A stretch of DNA of 64,000 nucleotides, from assembly GCA_945883495.1 (NCBI GenBank), contig CAMCXS010000026.1:1-64000 (forward strand), given 5' to 3'. The notes under the pieces were generated by a model that saw nothing but the letters and a program-made list of their open reading frames with translations, was not told the origin of the DNA and made no database searches. Shown here piece by piece: positions 16,484-27,172 of the stretch. The translations under genes were made by a program, and so were the position numbers. The stretch is from Akkermansia muciniphila (GTDB taxonomy: Bacteria > Verrucomicrobiota > Verrucomicrobiia > Verrucomicrobiales > DEV007). The stretch's first letter is position 1; each line of letters starts with the position of its first letter.

Positions 16484-19173
16484 TCGTAGGAGATCGATCG
16501 GAGGTAATCGCTGATCAGTCGATCATATCCGACGGAGCGCTCGCCGCCCTCATCGCTGCGTGTCTTCAGAAGTGCGTTCAGTTCTTCGATGGCTCCCTTG
16601 AGAGCGGCGGAAGATTTTTCGCCAAGGCCGGATTCCAAATCGCCTTCACCATCTTCGAGGGCTTCGGCGAGCGCGTCCTGGAGATCGGCTGCGTCGGCGA
16701 GATCCTCGGATGCCGCTTTCGGATCGCCGGTGCTGTCGGCAGAGGCTTTCATGCCCTTGGCGATGTTGGCTGCGTCGCGGGTTGCCTGCGCGAGCTGTTG
16801 CTGGATGGCAGCAAGTTCGTCCGCCATTTGCGAAGGTGCGCCGGTAGGAGCGCCGGACGGATTGGCCGATGGCGAGCCAGGCTTATCGGAAGGTTTGTCG
16901 GAAGGTTTGTCGGAAGGCTTATCAGAAGGTTTGTCAGATGGCTTGTCGCTTGGTGATCCGGCTTGATCAGAGGGTTTGTCGGAAGGCTGATCCGATGGTT
17001 TGCCAGCCGCTTCTTTTTCCGCCTCTTCCTTGGCTTTTTGGTTGAGAGCTTCCTGTTCGGCCAATTGCTTTTTCACCTTCTCAATCAGTTCACGCAGTGC
17101 TTCTTCGTCTTTCTCGGTGGCTTCCTCGCTGTCTTCCGGTTTGGATTGTTTTGGTTTTTCGGGACGGAGGGTGAACGTCATCCTATCGGATTCGGCTTCG
17201 GCTTCGGCTTCGGCGGGTGGCGGGGGCATGGGCATGACCTCGGCATCGCCGAGAGCTTGGGCGGCTTCGATCAATGCGCCCAAGGCAGCTTCTTCACGTG
17301 GAACGGCGCCAAGGGGATTGGCGGAGCCCAGCAACTTGGTGGCGGCCTCCATGGCGGTCTTTGCCCGTCCTAGAATTTCCACCAGCCCAGTGGCTCCCTC
17401 GCCCGTCATGGCGCCCGCCATCATGCCGACGTATTCCGCGTTCTGGCGCTGGTCGTTGACAAGAGCCTGCCGGTCGCTTTTGGGTGAGTCCTTCGCAAGC
17501 GCCATTGTGCTGCGTAGGATTTCCTTCTGCAGTTCCAGCGGGTTGATCGGCTCCGGGCCGCTTCCGCTGCCACCTTCTCCTCCACCATCATCGCCCTCGC
17601 CTTCATCTTCGGGCAGGGGGACTTGGATGAAAACAACATCCGAGCGCGCCATGCCCGGGCCGTCCAAAGTGTTTCCGTCCTCGGTCTCGGCGTGGACGGC
17701 AACGATGTCGAGTGGCTTGAGATCCATGGGTGCCAGCTCAAGCAACTCCGCTCCCGTCCAGGTGCGGGCGGTGTCGGCGGGGAGGTCGATTTTGACCGTC
17801 GTGTATGGGCTTCCGGGTTTGCGGAAAATCAGGCGGACTTTCGCAAGGCGGATGTCATCCACCGTGCCGAGCTCGAATCGCACTTCCTCTTTCCCGGTCT
17901 TGACCACTTCCGCGCTGTTTTCGCGCAGAATGCGGATCGTGGGTGGCTTGTCCGGGATTACGTTGATTCGCCATGGTTCGTCGTTGCGGATGAGGTCGCC
18001 GCGCGTGCCCTCGATGGCGATGCGATAGACGATGCTTTCCGGCTTGGGCAGTTCCCAATCCATCTCCCACACCAGGGGATCGTTCGGATCTTGGCGGAAA
18101 ACCGGCAGGACTGGCGCGCCGGAATCTTTTTCCTGACCGGAGACGCGCTGTCCGAATGCATCTCTCTCCATGGTCAGGACTTCGTCCTTGGAGACCATCT
18201 CGTCCTCGCGGGCGAAGGCGGAGCGTTCCAGTTTCACGGAGACGGCGGGGGCATCGAGATGCAGGCGGTATTGCAGTCGGCTGGCGCGGATCACGGTCAA
18301 CGATGGATCGATTTCCGTCCGCGTTTCCAACCGCGTGTAGGCGGGCGGTGTGACGACGATCTCGAATTTTCCAATCTCCGGCAGCTCGTAGGGCTCGACG
18401 AGAACCGAGCTTGAAACGCCGTCGTTAGCGCGAGCCACGAACTCCGCAGAACCATCGATACCCGCGACAGAGAGCTTCACAAAGCCGCGTTCGTCCGGTT
18501 TACCCTCGGCGACAACGACCTCCGAGCCGACGCGGAACAGGCTGACTTTTTCCGGCCGTATCCCGCTGATCCGGGCGGTGAGAGTGAAGGATTTTCCCTC
18601 GGCGATGGGCTGCTTTGGTGCCTCCAGTGAAAGCGAGGTGTAGGTCGCGGAATACCAGGGAATCATCATCCGCAGCAGGCCGTTGCCGCCTTGGAGGGAA
18701 AGCAGCACGACGACGGACGCGAGCGCCGCGGCGAGGATGCCGCAGGGAATTTTCAGGCTTCCGGTGAAACGCGGCGGAGCGGCCTTCATGGCGTCCGCCG
18801 CCCGTTGGTCGAGGCGTTTCAGAAGCACATCGCCGAAAGGTTCCTTGCCGGCGAGGCGACGCACGGCGGGATCGATGGACGTGGCGATTACCGGTGCGGT
18901 CTCGCCGGCGTCCGCTTCGATCTTGTGGGCGAGCGTGGTGGCATCCGGAGCTGCCGCGCCTTTTGCGAGCCATGCGGAGAGCGCGGCAATAACCAGCCCC
19001 AGCGCCCAGCCCGACCAGCGGGCGAGCCCGGAGAACATCATGCTGCGGTCGAGGATGGCCGCCAGCACCATCACGAAAGCGAAAGCCGCGCAGGCCGCCA
19101 GCCATGCCTTTTTCCGGCCATGGATTCCGTGCTTTGTCTGGATGTCGTGGATTGCCTTTTCGATCTGGTTCAT
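16480..19173 (-). CDS. large membrane-anchored protein of the MoxR/Bat operon (hypothetical; coiled coil plus KPSD repeats)
   Basis: The track ORF extends to 19263, but the ATG at 19173 (MNQIEKAIHDIQ) overlaps the upstream stop as ATGA, and TM helices follow. Long E/A-rich region and a (PSDK)n repeat. Confidence 0.7.
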   Translation of the reverse strand: MNQIEKAIHDIQTKHGIHGRKKAWLAACAAFAFVMVLAAILDRSMMFSGLARWSGWALGLVIAALSAWLAKGAAAPDATTLAHKIEADAGETAPVIATSIDPAVRRLAGKEPFGDVLLKRLDQRAADAMKAAPPRFTGSLKIPCGILAAALASVVVLLSLQGGNGLLRMMIPWYSATYTSLSLEAPKQPIAEGKSFTLTARISGIRPEKVSLFRVGSEVVVAEGKPDERGFVKLSVAGIDGSAEFVARANDGVSSSVLVEPYELPEIGKFEIVVTPPAYTRLETRTEIDPSLTVIRASRLQYRLHLDAPAVSVKLERSAFAREDEMVSKDEVLTMERDAFGQRVSGQEKDSGAPVLPVFRQDPNDPLVWEMDWELPKPESIVYRIAIEGTRGDLIRNDEPWRINVIPDKPPTIRILRENSAEVVKTGKEEVRFELGTVDDIRLAKVRLIFRKPGSPYTTVKIDLPADTARTWTGAELLELAPMDLKPLDIVAVHAETEDGNTLDGPGMARSDVVFIQVPLPEDEGEGDDGGGEGGSGSGPEPINPLELQKEILRSTMALAKDSPKSDRQALVNDQRQNAEYVGMMAGAMTGEGATGLVEILGRAKTAMEAATKLLGSANPLGAVPREEAALGALIEAAQALGDAEVMPMPPPPAEAEAEAESDRMTFTLRPEKPKQSKPEDSEEATEKDEEALRELIEKVKKQLAEQEALNQKAKEEAEKEAAGKPSDQPSDKPSDQAGSPSDKPSDKPSDKPSDKPSDKPSDKPGSPSANPSGAPTGAPSQMADELAAIQQQLAQATRDAANIAKGMKASADSTGDPKAASEDLADAADLQDALAEALEDGEGDLESGLGEKSSAALKGAIEELNALLKTRSDEGGERSVGYDRLISDYLRSISYE
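16878..16998. repeat. in-frame 12-nt tandem repeat (about 9 to 10 units; ggtttgtcggaa-like) encoding (KPSD)n
   Basis: Read directly from the sequence: ggcttatcggaa ggtttgtcggaa ggtttgtcggaa ggcttatcagaa ggtttgtcagat ggcttgtcgctt ... Confidence 0.8.
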
Positions 19174-21251
19174 GCTTTTAGTCCTTTCGAGTTTGTGGTG
19201 CGAAGTGCGAGCAGAGGCTCTGCCATCCACACGATCAAGAGGGCGCCGATGATCCATTTCCAAAAACCGGATTCGGATGCGAGGCTGATGCGTGGCGGGT
19301 CGCCATCGGCACCGGTGGTGCGGCGGCGGGCTTCGAGCTTGCGCTGGAGAATGGTGGGAAGTTGGAATTCACGGGCACTTTCTCCAGGAGAGAAATTCAC
19401 CGCAACCGGCCTGACGAAGCGTCCGTCGGTCGATTCGATTTCGAACAGCCCGGGCTTGTCGAAAACGAGCCCACGCACCCAACCCTGGTCATCCGCTGAA
19501 ACTTCGCGGCCTCCCGTTTTCAATCTCGCTCCCGCCCATTCCGTGCCGACGCGCACGTCGAAAGGCAGGCCGACGATCCCCGCCCCGGGGCTGTCGCGGA
19601 GTGCCTGCGGTGTGGAAGCCACGGCGGTGGACATCAGCATGTGGACGGTGGGGACGAAAAGAATGCCGTTGGTGGGAAGATCGCTCCATGCCCGGTCGGC
19701 GCTGGTGTTCACGAAAAGCGTGCGGCCATCTCCCACCATGCGTTGCACGAGCAGCGGCACGTCATCCGCGTATGCTGCCGTGACTTTCGCCCCTTCCGCC
19801 AAGGTGAGGGCGGAACGTTTTTTCATCGGTGCGCGGCGGAGATTGTAGCGCAGGGTTTCGTCGAGCCCGCCCCAGATCGGATGGGTCTCGTTGATGAATG
19901 GCAGCACCAGGCTGCGGTCGAGATCGAGCGGTGCGCCGGGCATGACCGGCAGAAGATTGCTCCAGGCGGAGGTATAGCTTGTGGGTTCGATTTCCGCTCC
20001 CGTGAAAAACACCGCACCGCCACCTTTTTTGACAAAAGCCTCCACGGTTGCGGGAAGATCGGACGGCCAGTTTTCCATGGGCGGGATCACGACGACCGCA
20101 TCTTTCCCCGCCGCCCCGGAAAGGGCTGCGACGGCCTCGGCAATGGGAACGACGCGCGGTGCGAAACGCGAGTCCTCGGCAGCTTCTCCGACCGAAGGAC
20201 GAAGCGCTTGCTGGAGGAAAAACGTGGTCTGGAGGAAAGTCTTCCGCTCCGGGTTCGGCTCGATCAGATAGACATCGATCATGGGCGCGACGTAGAAGGT
20301 GTCGAACAGCGTGTTGTCCTCGGCCAGTCCGTCGTCCGCGTCGTTGAAGGCAACCTCACGTTTCACCCAGCCGTTTTGTGCGGATTGGTAGGGTAGCTCC
20401 AGCACCTCGCCGGGCACGGTGAAATCCCTTTTGGAAACCTCGCCGCCCTTTCCGTTTTGATCGCGGACAATGATCGCCGCGCCATCACCGCGCCGCACCA
20501 CCGCCCCGCGTCGTAGCTGGCCGTTACCCCTCACCTGAAGGGAGAGGCTGCGGTTCGCGGCATCCGGATTTCCCGTTTGCACGACCGTCACGCGCAGCTC
20601 GCCCGGCAGCGTGAGGGTATCGGTTTTTTCCCATCCGGATTCCTGCATGTCGCCGACGATTTCCAGGGATTCCGGCATGTCACTGCGGAATCTCGCCAAG
20701 GCCTCTGCGGCTGCCGTCACCGCATCGATCGGCTGCCCGTCGGCAAGGCTTGGGGAAAGTCCCTTCACGATCTTTCTAACAGCGGACGGGCTCGCCCACT
20801 CGGTTCCGGTTTCCGCGAGCGGGAAGCAGATCAGGCGGACGCGGCTATCCGGATGCATGCTTGTGAGGCGTTTCTCCACGTGGCGTTTCGCATCCTCCCA
20901 TGCGCTGGTGTTTTCCGCCGACTTCATTGCCATGCTTCCAGAGCGGTCGAGCACGAGCACCAGCGCCTCCCGCCCCGTGCCTGAATCCTGCGCCCCGCCG
21001 GGAAGTCCCGGTCTCGCGAATGCCAGGCCGAGCAGCAACACACCGAGGGCGCGGAGCAGGAACAAGGGCCAGTATTGAATGCGCTTCCGGCTGCGCGCGA
21101 CCTGCGGGGTCTGCGGCACGAGGCGGAGCGAACTCACGGTCATGCGCTTGCCCGAGACACGTTGGTAAAGATGCATCCACACGGCGATGCCCACCGCCGC
21201 CAGCCCGGCAGCGGCGAACCATGGATTGAGCATGACGAAGGAAAGGATCAT
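19170..21251 (-). CDS. BatA-N-type double-TM membrane protein (hypothetical) of the MoxR operon
   Basis: N-terminus MILSFVMLNPWFAAAGLAAVGIAVWMHLYQR...YWPLFLLRALGVLLLGLAFARP (two TM helices) and a large extracytoplasmic domain. 4-nt overlaps with the genes on both sides. Confidence 0.7.
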   Translation of the reverse strand: MILSFVMLNPWFAAAGLAAVGIAVWMHLYQRVSGKRMTVSSLRLVPQTPQVARSRKRIQYWPLFLLRALGVLLLGLAFARPGLPGGAQDSGTGREALVLVLDRSGSMAMKSAENTSAWEDAKRHVEKRLTSMHPDSRVRLICFPLAETGTEWASPSAVRKIVKGLSPSLADGQPIDAVTAAAEALARFRSDMPESLEIVGDMQESGWEKTDTLTLPGELRVTVVQTGNPDAANRSLSLQVRGNGQLRRGAVVRRGDGAAIIVRDQNGKGGEVSKRDFTVPGEVLELPYQSAQNGWVKREVAFNDADDGLAEDNTLFDTFYVAPMIDVYLIEPNPERKTFLQTTFFLQQALRPSVGEAAEDSRFAPRVVPIAEAVAALSGAAGKDAVVVIPPMENWPSDLPATVEAFVKKGGGAVFFTGAEIEPTSYTSAWSNLLPVMPGAPLDLDRSLVLPFINETHPIWGGLDETLRYNLRRAPMKKRSALTLAEGAKVTAAYADDVPLLVQRMVGDGRTLFVNTSADRAWSDLPTNGILFVPTVHMLMSTAVASTPQALRDSPGAGIVGLPFDVRVGTEWAGARLKTGGREVSADDQGWVRGLVFDKPGLFEIESTDGRFVRPVAVNFSPGESAREFQLPTILQRKLEARRRTTGADGDPPRISLASESGFWKWIIGALLIVWMAEPLLALRTTNSKGLKA

Positions 21252-22147
21252 GGATTTCTCAGGGCGACGAAGTGGCGCAGTGCCTCATCGAGGGGTTGGT
21301 CGGTTGGCAGGAAGCAATATTCCGTCTCGGTGTCGTGGCAGACCTGTTCCACTTCGGCGCGGATGCGGGTGAGATTCTCCGCGTAAAGCCGCGCGTAGGC
21401 CGCGCCGTCCACCGTGCGCTCGGCTCCGGTCTCGTGGTCGGTCAGCACCATTTCGCCGGCGATTTTCGGCTCCAGCTCCTCTCTTGAAAACAGGTGGAAA
21501 AGGATGACCTTGCTGCCCCGCATCGAGAGCTGGCTGAGCACATCCTTGAGTTCCAGCGGATCGACCAAGGCATCGGTGATGAAGGCGGAAAGCGAACGCC
21601 TGCGACACTCGCCGACGATCTCCGAGAGTTCCCCGAGGTGATCGAAATTGCCGTCCGCCGTCTGTTTTTCAAGATGGTGGATCATGTGCTCGAGATGATC
21701 TCCACGGGTGCTCGGCGGCCACCAATCCTCGGTGGGGATGGACTCGCTTTTTCCGAAAATCACAAGCCCCGGCGCATCCTGCTGGCGGCGAAGCATCACC
21801 GCCAGCACAGCGCAAAGCAGCCGCCCGTAGGTGAACTTGTGCCCCGCGCCTTCGCCGAAATCCATGCTGCGGCTGGCGTCGAGAAACAGGTAGCCGGGCA
21901 GGTTCGTCTCCTGCTCGAACTCGCGCACATACAGATCATCCGTGCGGCCATAGACTTTCCAGTCGATGCGTTGGAGCGAGTCTCCGGGGAGGAAGGCGCG
22001 GTACGATGCGAATTCCTGGCTGCTGCCGGAATACGGGCTGCGGTGCAGGCCGTGCGAGTATCCCTCGACGAGGCACTGCGCGAGCAGCAGCAGATCGCGG
22101 GAACCGGCCAGCAGCTCGGCATCGATATGGAGGAGATTGTCGGACAC
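21248..22147 (-). CDS. DUF58-family protein (MoxR-associated, vWA-like)
   Basis: GSSQEFASYRAFLPGDSLQRIDWKVYGRTDDLYVREFEQE is the characteristic DUF58 core. Located directly downstream of MoxR. Confidence 0.85.
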   Translation of the reverse strand: MSDNLLHIDAELLAGSRDLLLLAQCLVEGYSHGLHRSPYSGSSQEFASYRAFLPGDSLQRIDWKVYGRTDDLYVREFEQETNLPGYLFLDASRSMDFGEGAGHKFTYGRLLCAVLAVMLRRQQDAPGLVIFGKSESIPTEDWWPPSTRGDHLEHMIHHLEKQTADGNFDHLGELSEIVGECRRRSLSAFITDALVDPLELKDVLSQLSMRGSKVILFHLFSREELEPKIAGEMVLTDHETGAERTVDGAAYARLYAENLTRIRAEVEQVCHDTETEYCFLPTDQPLDEALRHFVALRNP

Positions 22148-22158
22148 GGGCGGAAGGG

Positions 22159-23145
<987 letters not shown>

Positions 23146-23333
23146 GATAATTTAATATTGTATTAGAAGGGTAGTCTTTCGGATGTTAATTACTAGGCAA
23201 AACGATCGGGTGAAAAAAACTGGGATATTGTTCTCTGATCTTCTTGTTGTAAATCTGCATCATTTCATCTCGGGATTCGCAGTGGTCAGGTTTGTGGATT
23301 CATTTTTTTTTGACCCTGTCTTTTTTCGCTGGG

Positions 23334-24590
23334 TCATCGACCCGCGTCGGGCAACTGCTGCAATGTGCTCTCCCTCAGGGCTTGGTCCTGGATTTCCCGG
23401 GCCCAGGTCTCTGCTGATGCTTTGTCCAGGTTGGGCCCTTTCGTCACCAACTGGGCGATGGTGGTGTCTCGCAGCGTGGAGGGTGCCTGCTTGCTGATCC
23501 ACCCAAACGCGGCGTTGGCATCCCGCTTGGCCCAGTTGAGCACCATGTCCGGGATCATTTTGCGCTGGTCGGCCTCGTTGCGTGATTCCGCGACCCACTG
23601 GATGGTTTCCGCCGGCTCGGTGAAGAGAATGTCGAGTTGATTTCCGCTGCTGCCGCCGCTACCGTCCTGGATCACGCTATCCATGTAGCGGTTTAGCTCT
23701 TCCTCGCTGAGCGGAAGGGATTTCACCCTTTTCGCCATGGCGGCAACGCCTTCTTCGTAGATCGCATCGTTGAGGGCGAGGTTGATCATGTCCGACCGTA
23801 TACTCGAAAATTCGGGATCATTCATCGCCGCGGTGATGGCCGAAAGCTGATCATCGTTCAGGCGAATCGAACCGGAGAGCGCTAGTTTGAGAAGGGGCTG
23901 GTTCATCTTCCGGCTTTTGGAATTGTCGCTCTTGTCCATTTGGAGGAAAGCCCTGAGACCCGTTTCTGCATCCTCGCTGAAGAGGGTGGTCGCGATTCCC
24001 CAGCCGTCGCCAATGGGAATCGATCGAATGCATCCCCCACTCTTCGTCGCGCCTTCGCCGTGGCACCGCAGGCAGCTGGCCGAGTACTCGACCGGCTTTG
24101 GTTTCGGCAGGCTCTCCAGAGCACGGGCTGGATCCTGCTTGGCGATCATCCGACCGATTTCCGGCATGTAAAAGTCTCCCATCAGTTTCTCGTCGCGAGA
24201 GACCCTCAGGGCATCCTGCTCGGCGGCGAGAATCACGAGAAACCTCCGAGTGTAGGAGGACGGGAGGTCGCGTGTGACGGCGATGAGTTCGTCGAGACTC
24301 AGCCCTTCGACCATGCGCAGGACTTCCGGCATTTTCCCGCGGGAGGACTCCGCCATCAGTTTCTCGATCCCGGTGCGGGCGCGCTCGATGCGCTCGTCCG
24401 AAGAGAGTGAAGTCGCCTCGACTCCAATCCTGCGGTTCTCCGGCTTCGTGGCGGCGGCACTCTGACGGGCGAGTTTTTCCGCGAGGCTCCGGTTCTTCAT
24501 CGACTGCGCGGTTAGCACTGCGGCGCAGACGGTGACGGAGACGGCAAGGGTGATCCAAAAGGAGCGTTTCATGCAGGTAGAGTGTTTCAA
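23334..24590 (-). CDS. secreted hypothetical protein with a single CxxCH motif
   Basis: Signal peptide MKRSFWITLAVSVTVCAAVLTAQS. The motif SCLRCHGEG (C-x-x-C-H) lies in the middle of the protein. No other recognisable domain. Confidence 0.55.
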   Translation of the reverse strand: MKHSTCMKRSFWITLAVSVTVCAAVLTAQSMKNRSLAEKLARQSAAATKPENRRIGVEATSLSSDERIERARTGIEKLMAESSRGKMPEVLRMVEGLSLDELIAVTRDLPSSYTRRFLVILAAEQDALRVSRDEKLMGDFYMPEIGRMIAKQDPARALESLPKPKPVEYSASCLRCHGEGATKSGGCIRSIPIGDGWGIATTLFSEDAETGLRAFLQMDKSDNSKSRKMNQPLLKLALSGSIRLNDDQLSAITAAMNDPEFSSIRSDMINLALNDAIYEEGVAAMAKRVKSLPLSEEELNRYMDSVIQDGSGGSSGNQLDILFTEPAETIQWVAESRNEADQRKMIPDMVLNWAKRDANAAFGWISKQAPSTLRDTTIAQLVTKGPNLDKASAETWAREIQDQALRESTLQQLPDAGR

Positions 24591-24599
24591 GATTCGGGT

Positions 24600-26651
24600 T
24601 CAGAATTTGATCTTCGGTGTGTCGGAGGTCTGGAACACACGGCGCTGCCCTCCGGTGTCCTTGTAGAGTTGGCGCGAGTCCTCGACGATCTTGATCATCT
24701 GGGATCGCACAGAAGGATCGTCGATCTTGGAAATTCCCTGCACTGCGGCGTCGTATTGCGCGCCCATCGTCTGCTGCCAGACAATCGAGGCTTGGGCGGC
24801 GTCCCGCACCCGGCCGGTTGGCTGTCGATCAATCCACCGCATCGCCTCCACTTGCCAGCCGAAGTCATCGTAGCGATATAGCATCTGCATCACGGTCAGA
24901 GTGGCCACCTCGGGCTTCGAGATGTTGGCCAACAGCCAGTCGAGGCTCGTATCGAGACCCACCTTTTGGGGAGAGCTCTGTGCGATGCTGCGCACGTATT
25001 GGTCCCGGCCTTCGTTCCCGGACCCGGGCTTGTACTGGTCGGCGAAAGCGAGTGCCTCGTTCAGCCTGCCAGCGGTGGCGTAGGCCTGGGCGGTGGAGGT
25101 AACGACGAGTTCCCGCGCAGGTCCGTCCGTCAGCGCGAGAAGTCTCTGTATCCCGGAGTCGTTTCCACGCTCGACCATTTGCTTGGCATAAAACTGCCCG
25201 AGATCGTATATGTTGGTGGAATCCCGGAATTCCCCCGTTGTTCCGGCATAGACATCGAGTGCGCGGTCCGGATCCGCGGCGATCAGTCCGGACATGAGGT
25301 GCAGGTAGAGATCTCTAAAGTTCTCATCGCTGAGCCCGCCTAAGAGGTCTTTGCCGGCCAGCTTCTTTTCATACCATTGCACGGCGGCGGCAGGGTCTTT
25401 CTGGGCCCATCGGGTCAACAGGTTGTTGTCCGGAGTAGATCCTGCGGTGAAAGCTTGGTAATGGCCGCCCGCGATCACTTGATCGAGCATCATGTCGGGA
25501 GGGGCGTCCCCGTTGCTCCCGACGATCAAAGACAGCAGTCCGTCCCGGGTGTAGAATCCGCAAGGGAGGCGCCACACTTCGGCCAACAGCTCGGCTCTCT
25601 CCTCATTGCTCATCCCGGCAACCCGTTGCCGGGCGAGTTCGCTGGTGATGCTGTCGAAGGAACTGAGGTCCCGCAGGATTTCGCGGGAGGTCTTGGCTGC
25701 ACTGAGCGAGGCGAGTAGGCGGGACGGGGTTCGGGCCGATCCCGTCCCGACTGTCATGCGGGACGAGGACCGGGTGCGGAGCTTGGCGTCAGGAGTTTCC
25801 TCAGCGGCTACGGCATTGATTTCGATCTCCATCCGCCGCGCCTCGGCGAGTTGTTGGGAGAAAGGGATGGCGGCTAGGGCAATCACGGCGGCGACGGTGA
25901 GCGTGGTTGTTTTGGTGGAACTCATGGTCAGAAGGGTGTTGGTGAGAAGTGTGGTTGTGGTGACGGACGAGGCAGCGGTAAGGGCCTTGGAAGCCATGAG
26001 GGCGGCGGTTTGAGACGGGGCCGAGCGGGCGAGTTCCGTTGCCAGCGCGGACGCGATCACGGTGGCAGAGAGTGTGGCGCCGCGGGCGGTTAGGAGGGAG
26101 GAAAGCTTTTCGAGCGCACGTTTGAGGCGCTTTTTGCAAGCACCTTCGCTCTGGCCGGTGGCGTTGGCAATCTCGCGGAATTGCTTTTCCCGGTAGAAGC
26201 GCTCGATGATCAACTGTCGATCCTTCATCGGCAGACGTTCAAGCGCATCGTCAAGATGGGGCAGGGCTGCCTGCCATTTTTCAGATGTGTCCATGGATGC
26301 AATTGGGGTTGAGGAAAGGGCTTCGTTTTCTTGGGCGAAGGCGGCGATCTTGCGTTGACTTCGCCGTTCGGCACGAAGGACGGCACGCGCCTCCAGCCGG
26401 GTGGTTTCCATCGCCCAGGCTTCGAGACTGGGGTGATGTTGCAGGGACGCTGCCTTGCGTGCCAGAATCGCGAAAACGTTCTGGCTGACCTCCTCGGCCA
26501 GTGGGGCTTGGCCAGTCCGCCGAAGGGCCGCCGAGTACACCAGCCGTTCGAGGCTACCTATCAGGGCGGCAAAGGCCCGTTCGCTCTGACCGGAGGCCAG
26601 AAATGCCTTCAGGAGCTTGCTAGGATCGGGTGTCGGTGTCTCTGTTCTCAT
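24600..26651 (-). CDS. ECF sigma-70 factor fused to a TM anti-sigma-like segment and a 400-aa C-terminal extracytoplasmic domain
   Basis: Sigma region 2 (LVYSAALRRTG...EEVSQNVF) and region 4 (LPMKDRQLIIERFYREKQFREIANATGQSEGACKKRLKRALEKL), then an S/T-rich linker, a TM helix (TLTVAAVIALAAIPF) and a large C-terminal domain. Confidence 0.7.
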   Translation of the reverse strand: MRTETPTPDPSKLLKAFLASGQSERAFAALIGSLERLVYSAALRRTGQAPLAEEVSQNVFAILARKAASLQHHPSLEAWAMETTRLEARAVLRAERRSQRKIAAFAQENEALSSTPIASMDTSEKWQAALPHLDDALERLPMKDRQLIIERFYREKQFREIANATGQSEGACKKRLKRALEKLSSLLTARGATLSATVIASALATELARSAPSQTAALMASKALTAASSVTTTTLLTNTLLTMSSTKTTTLTVAAVIALAAIPFSQQLAEARRMEIEINAVAAEETPDAKLRTRSSSRMTVGTGSARTPSRLLASLSAAKTSREILRDLSSFDSITSELARQRVAGMSNEERAELLAEVWRLPCGFYTRDGLLSLIVGSNGDAPPDMMLDQVIAGGHYQAFTAGSTPDNNLLTRWAQKDPAAAVQWYEKKLAGKDLLGGLSDENFRDLYLHLMSGLIAADPDRALDVYAGTTGEFRDSTNIYDLGQFYAKQMVERGNDSGIQRLLALTDGPARELVVTSTAQAYATAGRLNEALAFADQYKPGSGNEGRDQYVRSIAQSSPQKVGLDTSLDWLLANISKPEVATLTVMQMLYRYDDFGWQVEAMRWIDRQPTGRVRDAAQASIVWQQTMGAQYDAAVQGISKIDDPSVRSQMIKIVEDSRQLYKDTGGQRRVFQTSDTPKIKF

Positions 26652-26739
26652 TGCCTTTCACCATATACCGTCCGGCAAGAGGAGAAAGGTGACACTTTTT
26701 TATAAAATTTGAGGCCGATCAGGACATGCTTGATGCAAG

Positions 26740-26890
26740 CTTTGTTGCGACGCGTGCTATGGTCAATGTACATACTATCAAAATCGGTGCTCATAGCGGG
26801 CAGCTTGCGCAGATCGCTCCAAGTCGCGAGGTCCTTGTCGAACCTGTCCTTGCTGCTGCCGCTGCCGTCTTGGATCTAGATTTCCATAGT
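26740..26890 (-). pseudogene. remnant of a DUF1080 (3-keto-disaccharide-hydrolase-like) gene
   Basis: About 110 nt (26768-26877) are roughly 90% identical to nt 43838-43945, inside the intact DUF1080 gene at 43444-44298. Read on the minus strand it gives ..KDRFDKDLATWSDLRKLPAMST.. versus ..KDRFDKDIATWSDLRKVPAMSTYY.. in the intact copy. The flanks are AT-rich and non-coding. Confidence 0.5.
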
Positions 26891-26964
26891 ATTCTTTATC
26901 ATCTGGAACCAGCTGGTTCTATTCGCTCAAAGAGAAAATTGATCTTGCCCGAAATTAGTTTTCA

Positions 26965-27003
26965 GGTGTCAGCTCGATATAGCTGACACCACGCTTTTGT
27001 TTT
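26965..27003 (+). terminator. perfect 10-bp-stem hairpin followed by a T-run (terminator-like, plus-strand orientation)
   Basis: ggtgtcagct-cgatat-agctgacacc followed by acgcttttgtttt. It sits in a low-GC intergenic patch that also holds the DUF1080 remnant. Confidence 0.35.
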
Positions 27004-27172
27004 ACGGTCTCCGTATCCCATGCAACCTTCACAGATGCGATGATAAGTTGCCCAGGAAGTCATTGGCAATAGGGCGCAGCTAAAGGTTGCGACAATTCGG
27101 ACAAGTTTGATGGTGTTTTTGATTGGAGTGATTTCTTTTAGATTTATGGGAGTAAAGGGTTTGGATTTCATA

